Assembly (NCBI GenBank): GCA_964646885.1
Contig: CAZYFM010000002.1
Span: 10,720-74,719, forward strand
Length of the DNA: 64,000 nucleotides
Reading direction: 5' to 3'
DNA from: an uncultured Flavobacteriaceae bacterium
GTDB taxonomy: Bacteria; Pseudomonadota; Alphaproteobacteria; Micropepsales; Micropepsaceae
Shown here: positions 59,037 to 64,000 of the stretch, one piece after another
Layout of the letters: every line of letters begins with the position of its first letter
Numbering within the stretch: the first letter of the stretch is position 1
Made by a program: the position numbers and the translations under genes
The notes under the pieces: model-generated
Databases searched by the model: none
What the model was told of the DNA's origin: nothing
What the model saw: the letters and a program-made list of their open reading frames with translations, nothing else

Positions 59037-60325
59037 TGAGAACGGTAATCTTTGCAGCCGCAGCCCTGCTTGCCGCAACAACGATGGCTCGCGCAGACAC
59101 GCTGGCCATCACGAATGCGAGGATCCTCACAGCCGGACCTCAGGGCGAAATCAGCTCGGGGACCGTCGTGGTGACGAACGGGAAGATCTCTGCGGTCGGC
59201 GCCAATGTGGCGGTTCCTTCCGGTGCGCGCGTGATCGATGCCGGCGGAAAGACCGTGACACCGGGTCTCTACGCAGCCGGCACCAATCTGGGCGCAGTCG
59301 AAATCGACCAGATCGACGAGACAAACGACAACTCGTCATCAAGCCAGAGCGTCAGTGCGGCATTCGACATTTCGTATGGCATTGACTCGGATTCGATGGT
59401 GGTTCCGGTTGCCCGCCAGGGCGGCATTACGCGCGCCGTGGTGACGCCCGTTCCGGGTGAAGCCGAAGGCCGCGAGTTGCTGTTCGCGGGTCAGGCCGCG
59501 ATCATCACGCTGGCCGAGGGCTCAAACCCGGTGGTTCGCCCCCGCGCAGCGATGGTCCTCTCACTTGGCGAGACTGGAACGACCATCGCCGGCGGCTCGC
59601 GTGGATCCGCCATCACCGCCCTTCGAGCGGACCTCGATGACGTGCGGTGGTTCGCGCGCAACCGCCGCAGCTTCAATGAGGGCGCAACCCGAGAACTGAG
59701 GCTGTCCCGGCCCGACCTGGAAGCCCTGGTACCGGTGATCCAGCGCAAGATGAAACTGATCGTTGGCGTGCGCCGCGCATCGGACATCCGTGAGGTGATC
59801 CGCCTGGCGCGCGACTACAAGCTGGACATCATCATTGCCGGCGGCGAGGAAGCGTGGACGGTGGCAAATGAACTTGCCGCAGCCCGCATCCCCGTGATGC
59901 TCAACCCCACGAACAACCTGCCCGGCAGCTTCGAGATGCGGGACTCCACGATGGAGAACGCGGCAAGGCTTGCAAGGGCCGGCGTCCTGATCTGCTTCGC
60001 CAATGGAGACGGCGGGCACAGGGCGCGCGAGGCCCGCTACAACGCAGGCAACGCAGTCGCGCACGGACTGCCGCACGCAAAGGCCATCGAGGCCCTGACG
60101 ATCAACGCCGCACGCATGTTCGGCGAGGCATCGACGGTTGGCTCGATTGAACGGGGCAAGTCAGCCGATCTCGTGGTGTGGAGCGGTGACCCGCTGGAAC
60201 CGCTGAGCGAAGCGACCGCGATTGTCATTGGCGGAAAGTTGCAGCCCATGACATCGCGCGCCGATGAACTGGCAAAGCGCTACCGAACACTGGGGGACAC
60301 GCTGCCACCCGCCTATCGTCACTGA
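59036..60325 (+). CDS. amidohydrolase-fold paralog lacking the HxH metal site
   Basis: The start overlaps the upstream stop (TAATG). A signal peptide is present. The position aligned to TPGIIDAHSHLG reads TPGLYAAGTNLG. Confidence 0.8.
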   Translation: MRTVIFAAAALLAATTMARADTLAITNARILTAGPQGEISSGTVVVTNGKISAVGANVAVPSGARVIDAGGKTVTPGLYAAGTNLGAVEIDQIDETNDNSSSSQSVSAAFDISYGIDSDSMVVPVARQGGITRAVVTPVPGEAEGRELLFAGQAAIITLAEGSNPVVRPRAAMVLSLGETGTTIAGGSRGSAITALRADLDDVRWFARNRRSFNEGATRELRLSRPDLEALVPVIQRKMKLIVGVRRASDIREVIRLARDYKLDIIIAGGEEAWTVANELAAARIPVMLNPTNNLPGSFEMRDSTMENAARLARAGVLICFANGDGGHRAREARYNAGNAVAHGLPHAKAIEALTINAARMFGEASTVGSIERGKSADLVVWSGDPLEPLSEATAIVIGGKLQPMTSRADELAKRYRTLGDTLPPAYRH

Positions 60326-60359
60326 CGATCGCTGCGCTGACTGCGGCCGCTCCCTGACC

Positions 60360-61184
60360 TCAGTGGGCGGCCGTTCCATGTCCGCTGGACGGATAAACGA
60401 AGCGGCGCCACATCGCGGCACTGCGATCAAACGGGCGCCATTCGTTTTCGGGAAGGGCAAGCCGGTCCGCGACCGCAAAGAAGACAGCCGGGTTCACGCC
60501 GAGGCCACAATGGCTGGCATAGACCTCGATATTGTCTGTCAGGCTTGATGGGCGCTCCACGCAGGTCTGCCAGGCGACGACGCCGTCGCCCTTGGAATAA
60601 ACCGCCGTGGTCGGAATTCCGGTCGGCGCCTTGGCCAGGTTCCGGAACACGTCGCCCATGGCTTTCGGATCGATCTCCTGGCCCGTCAGTCCCTGATAGA
60701 TCCTCCACGCATGGTTGGCGCGAGGATTGCCACCAAACGGTGAGCCCAGCGAAATCACCTGACGCACATACTGCGGATACTTCTTGGCGAGCTCGCGGGC
60801 CATGACGCCACCGAGGCTCCAGCCCACCAGGCTGATCTTGCGCTTCATCTTGCGATGAATGGACTCCAGTCGCTGACCAAGGAGCTCGCCTTCCGGGCCA
60901 ATCGCGAGCGGCCCCAGATTGCGGCCCAGCCCCCAGCAAAACGTCTCGTATCCCTTTGAAACCAGGAACCGGCGAATCGGAGCTGTTGTCCCTCCGGCTG
61001 CCAGAAAACCGGGCAGCACCATCACCGGATGTCCATCTCCCGTCGGCGCGTAGCCGAGGAGCGGAGATGCGCCCTGGAGCGTCACGTAGTCTGCAAGTGC
61101 CCGCCCTCCTTCGGTCAGGGCCAGCGCCCATGAGGGAGGCTTGATTCCCTGAATGCCAACCGGACCTGCATCAATGACTGCCAT
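60360..61184 (-). CDS. alpha/beta hydrolase (esterase/lipase-like)
   Basis: Nucleophile elbow GWSLGG and a LPGFLAAG oxyanion-like region. Confidence 0.8.
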   Translation of the reverse strand: MAVIDAGPVGIQGIKPPSWALALTEGGRALADYVTLQGASPLLGYAPTGDGHPVMVLPGFLAAGGTTAPIRRFLVSKGYETFCWGLGRNLGPLAIGPEGELLGQRLESIHRKMKRKISLVGWSLGGVMARELAKKYPQYVRQVISLGSPFGGNPRANHAWRIYQGLTGQEIDPKAMGDVFRNLAKAPTGIPTTAVYSKGDGVVAWQTCVERPSSLTDNIEVYASHCGLGVNPAVFFAVADRLALPENEWRPFDRSAAMWRRFVYPSSGHGTAAH

Positions 61185-61293
61185 CGCAACCTTCCGCCCC
61201 CGAAACTAAGTCGATTCACAAGAATCCACAGCCCAGACGCTACGGGCAGTTGAGGCGCTTTGCCAACTCATTTCGTGCGACGAAGCGTAGTGA

Positions 61294-61309
61294 AATCAAG
61301 CACTTGATT
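61294..61309. promoter_or_regulatory. 16-bp palindrome, candidate TetR operator
   Basis: AATCAAG ca CTTGATT, with perfect 7-bp arms. It lies in the divergent intergenic region between the hydrolase and tetR genes. Confidence 0.45.
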
Positions 61310-61348
61310 GCCCTAAACCTCTTATTATAGAGTTGACTCCATAATTGG

Positions 61349-62011
61349 ATGATGAATGCAACTTTTGCGCCTGCGAGGAATTTGATGCCTCCCCTGCCCG
61401 ACCAGATGCTGTCCCGACGCGAGCGCAAGAAGCGCGAGACGCGAAAGCGCATCCTCGACGCGGCCATGCATCTGATGTCCGATCGCCCCTACGACGAGGT
61501 CAGGATCGAGGACATCTGCTCTGCTGCAGACGTTGCGAATGCCACGTTTTTCCTGCACTTCGAGAACAAATCGGCCTTGGTGCTGGCCTTCAACGAGGAA
61601 GTCGCCTCGAAGATCTCGGACGAACTCATGGGTGACGCTCAGTCCGCGTCAGACCAGCTGCGCAAACTGCTGGAAGTGTATCTGCGTGAGTGGGGAACGC
61701 ACCGTCACCTGATGCGCCAGATCGTTCTTGAGTTCGTTTCGCAATCGAACGCCGCCGCCAGCTTTAACGAAGTTTCGCCGGGGCTCCAGGAACTTGTCGG
61801 AAAGGCAATCCATCGCGGTCAGAAAAGCGGTGAGTTTTTGAGCACAATTCCGCCTGAAACTGCGGCATTGGGGCTGATCGCAGCCTGGAACGCGATGGCC
61901 GTTTCGTGGGCCCGGTCAGGCGACACAAAGGGGGCGGCCGACGCCCATTGGCAGCTTCTCGACGTGTTTGTGTCCGGGCTGAAGACGTGCGACCGCCTGT
62001 CGCGGCAGTAA
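61349..62011 (+). CDS. TetR family transcriptional regulator
   Basis: N-terminal HTH region RRERKKRETRKRILDAAMHLMSDRPYDEVRIEDICSAADVANATFFLHFENK. Confidence 0.88.
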   Translation: MMNATFAPARNLMPPLPDQMLSRRERKKRETRKRILDAAMHLMSDRPYDEVRIEDICSAADVANATFFLHFENKSALVLAFNEEVASKISDELMGDAQSASDQLRKLLEVYLREWGTHRHLMRQIVLEFVSQSNAAASFNEVSPGLQELVGKAIHRGQKSGEFLSTIPPETAALGLIAAWNAMAVSWARSGDTKGAADAHWQLLDVFVSGLKTCDRLSRQ

Positions 62012-62279
62012 CTCCATCAAAAGCGGCCCGCCAAAAAGCTCATTTTTTCGGCTATTTTCCGGACTTAAATCGCATTGCGACAATCCATTGTGCACTGCAC
62101 CATTGACCGAAACTCCATTTTCTTATATGCGTGTGCGAAATGAATTGATGCATCGCACAATAAATTCGTGTCGTAGCGTAAATCAGCCAGTTGGCGTCAA
62201 GATTTCTTCTGGCAGGCTGAGTCAATAAAGCAACAGCAGTCAACCGGCGCCACAAGCCGGAACCCAAAGGGCAGGAAAC

Positions 62280-63821
62280 ATGGAACAGCTAACTGGTCTC
62301 GACTCTGCGTTCCTCTATCTGGAAACGCCGCGCACGCCGATGCACATCGGATCCATCGCCATCTACGACCCGTCGACGGCTCCGAACTCGTTCGTGAGGT
62401 TCAAGGACATCCTGAACTTCATCGAGTCACGCCTCCACCTGGCCAAGAGCTTCCGTCGCAAGCTCGCGAATGTTCCGCTGAGCCTCGATTATCCGTACTG
62501 GATCGACGACCCGGACTTTGACCTTGAGTACCACGTCCGCCACATCGCGCTGCCGCAACCGGGCGACTGGCGCCAGCTCTGCATCCAGGCCGCGCGTCTC
62601 CATTCGCGCCCGGTTGATCTTTCGAAGCCGCTCTGGGAATTCACGGTCATCGAAGGCCTGAACAATGTTCCGGGCGTGCCGAAGGGCTCATACGCGATCG
62701 TGTCCAAGATCCATCACGCCGCAATTGATGGCGTGTCAGGCGTGGACATCACGAACGCAGTCCACTCGCTCGATCCGGCCGGCGCGGTCGCGGGTCCGGA
62801 AAAACCCTGGATCCCCGAGCGCACACCGACGTCGCTTGAACTGCTGCTGCGCGCACAGGTCAATGCCCTGGGAACGCCGCTGCGCCTTGCGCGGACCGTC
62901 GCCAAATCCGCTCCGGGCATCGCAAAGATGGTTGGTGGCCTTGCACGGGGCCGCCTCCACACCACCGGCAGCGTTCCGCGTACGCGCTTCAACGGTTCGG
63001 TCACGATGAACCGCGTCGTCGACGGACGCGACTTCTCGCTCGCGGAGATCAAGGAAATCCGGACGCGCCTCGAAGGTGCCACCGTCAACGACGTGATCGT
63101 CGCTGTGATCGGCGGCGCAATGCGCAAGTATCTCAAGTCGATCAACGAGCTCCCGCGGGAATCGCTGGTCTGCATGGCACCCATTTCCGTTCGCACACCC
63201 GGCGAGAAAAACACCCTCGGCAACCAGGTGAGCGCGATGACGATCCCGATCGGCACACATATTGCCGATCCGTTCGGCCGCCTGCAGTTCGTGAACGAAG
63301 AGGCTGCCAACTCCAAGGCACTCACCAATGCCGTGGGCGCCCGCCAGCTGTCCGAGTACTCGAGCTTCATGCCTTCCACCCTTTCAGGGCTTGCGGCACG
63401 ACTTTACGTCCGTTGGGGCCTCGCCAATCGCGTGGCACCGATGTTCAACACGGTCATCACCAACGTGCCCGGCCCGCCGGTCCCGCTCTACATGAACGGC
63501 GCGCGCCTCGTCACGCAGTACGGGCTCGGTCCGGTTTTCGAAGGCGTCGGCATCTTCCACGCAGTTCTGAGCTATTGCGGAAGCATCACCGTCACCTTCA
63601 CGTCCGACCGCAGCCTCATGCCGGATCCCGAGCGCTATGCGAACTGCCTCCAGGAGTCCTTCGAGGAAATGAAGGCCGCAGCGCTGAAGCGACCGATCCC
63701 GGCGCCGAAGCCCAAGCCTGTTCCGGAAGCGCAACCGGCTGCGGAAGCAGCGCCGGAACCGCGCAAGTCCCGTCCGCGCAAGCGCAAGCCGAAGCTGACG
63801 GTCGTGTCGGCAGCGGAATAG
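62280..63821 (+). CDS. wax ester synthase/diacylglycerol acyltransferase (WS/DGAT)
   Basis: Active-site HHAAIDGVSG (HHxxxDG) and family-typical N-terminus MEQLTGLDSAFLYLETPRTPMHIG. It carries an extra Pro/Lys/Arg-rich C-terminal tail. Confidence 0.9.
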   Translation: MEQLTGLDSAFLYLETPRTPMHIGSIAIYDPSTAPNSFVRFKDILNFIESRLHLAKSFRRKLANVPLSLDYPYWIDDPDFDLEYHVRHIALPQPGDWRQLCIQAARLHSRPVDLSKPLWEFTVIEGLNNVPGVPKGSYAIVSKIHHAAIDGVSGVDITNAVHSLDPAGAVAGPEKPWIPERTPTSLELLLRAQVNALGTPLRLARTVAKSAPGIAKMVGGLARGRLHTTGSVPRTRFNGSVTMNRVVDGRDFSLAEIKEIRTRLEGATVNDVIVAVIGGAMRKYLKSINELPRESLVCMAPISVRTPGEKNTLGNQVSAMTIPIGTHIADPFGRLQFVNEEAANSKALTNAVGARQLSEYSSFMPSTLSGLAARLYVRWGLANRVAPMFNTVITNVPGPPVPLYMNGARLVTQYGLGPVFEGVGIFHAVLSYCGSITVTFTSDRSLMPDPERYANCLQESFEEMKAAALKRPIPAPKPKPVPEAQPAAEAAPEPRKSRPRKRKPKLTVVSAAE

Positions 63822-63834
63822 CAAGAACCAACCG

Positions 63835-64000
63835 ATGCCCCAGGCCCCAGCCAACAAGCTGATGATCGAGTATCAGGAAACCGGTCCGAAAGACGGACCG
63901 GCAGTCCTGATGATCATGGGACTGGCTGCGCAGATGACGTTCTGGCCGGATGCAATGATCCGCAGGCTCGCGGATGCAGGTTTCCGGGTAGTCACGTTCG
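63835..64000 (+). CDS. alpha/beta hydrolase, 3'-truncated by the window edge
   Basis: Manual translation from the ATG at 63835 gives MPQAPANKLMIEYQETGPKDGPAVLMIMGLAAQMTFWPDAMIRRLADAGFRVVTF, a typical alpha/beta hydrolase N-terminus. The frame is open to the end of the window. Confidence 0.7.
   Translation, partial: MPQAPANKLMIEYQETGPKDGPAVLMIMGLAAQMTFWPDAMIRRLADAGFRVVTF

Noticed and set aside
1-64000. Mobile elements, integrases, toxin-antitoxin pairs, restriction or other defence genes, CRISPR-Cas, and rRNA/tRNA genes.
   Set aside because: I scanned all track ORFs and intergenic regions by eye. No transposase or integrase motifs, no direct-repeat/spacer arrays and no tRNA cloverleaf candidates were found. 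Absence by eye is not proof, so tRNAscan, Infernal and defence-system HMMs should confirm it.

Overview
GC-rich segment with strong GC3 bias. Gene content and synteny look alphaproteobacterial (rpoZ-spoT, pdxJ-acpS-lepB-rnc-era-recO, parC). About 55 protein-coding genes are supportable. I saw no rRNA, tRNA, CRISPR array, transposase, integrase or prophage genes. Layout: 0-5.3 kb holds signalling genes: a TPR/CHAT protein cut by the window edge, an orphan histidine kinase and a membrane class III cyclase. 5.4-10.6 kb holds a cobalamin riboswitch and a BtuB-like TonB-dependent receptor, followed directly by aldolase, crotonase and amidase genes. 10.6-13.6 kb holds an S9 prolyl oligopeptidase and a DUF169 protein. 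13.6-22.6 kb is the clearest accessory locus: a 1876-aa classical autotransporter built from about 13 tandem ~95-aa modules, an adjacent YadA-type trimeric autotransporter, and a divergent pair of tandem paralogous small membrane-anchored proteins of unknown function. 22.7-30.9 kb holds an MFS transporter, an M16 peptidase, an SDR, and an OmpR/EnvZ-type two-component pair divergent from a 4x EF-hand protein. 30.9-32.0 kb is a roughly 1 kb ORF-free, hairpin-rich region ahead of a TerC gene. 32.9-46.1 kb holds a phasin-like protein, a tetR-iorA-iorB-cytochrome c molybdoenzyme operon and assorted enzymes and transporters. 46.2-57.5 kb is a 12-gene minus-strand housekeeping array that includes a tandem lepB duplication. 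57.6-64 kb holds an amidohydrolase pair whose second copy lacks the HxH metal site, and a neutral-lipid cluster (alpha/beta hydrolases, TetR, WS/DGAT with a Pro/Lys-rich tail). I did not find a convincing novel defence or mobile system. The most intriguing unexplained signals are the ORF-free structured region at 30.9-32.0 kb and the adhesin-linked paralog pair at 21.7-22.6 kb. Many long ORFs in the track are antisense or alternate-frame artefacts of the high GC content and were not called.
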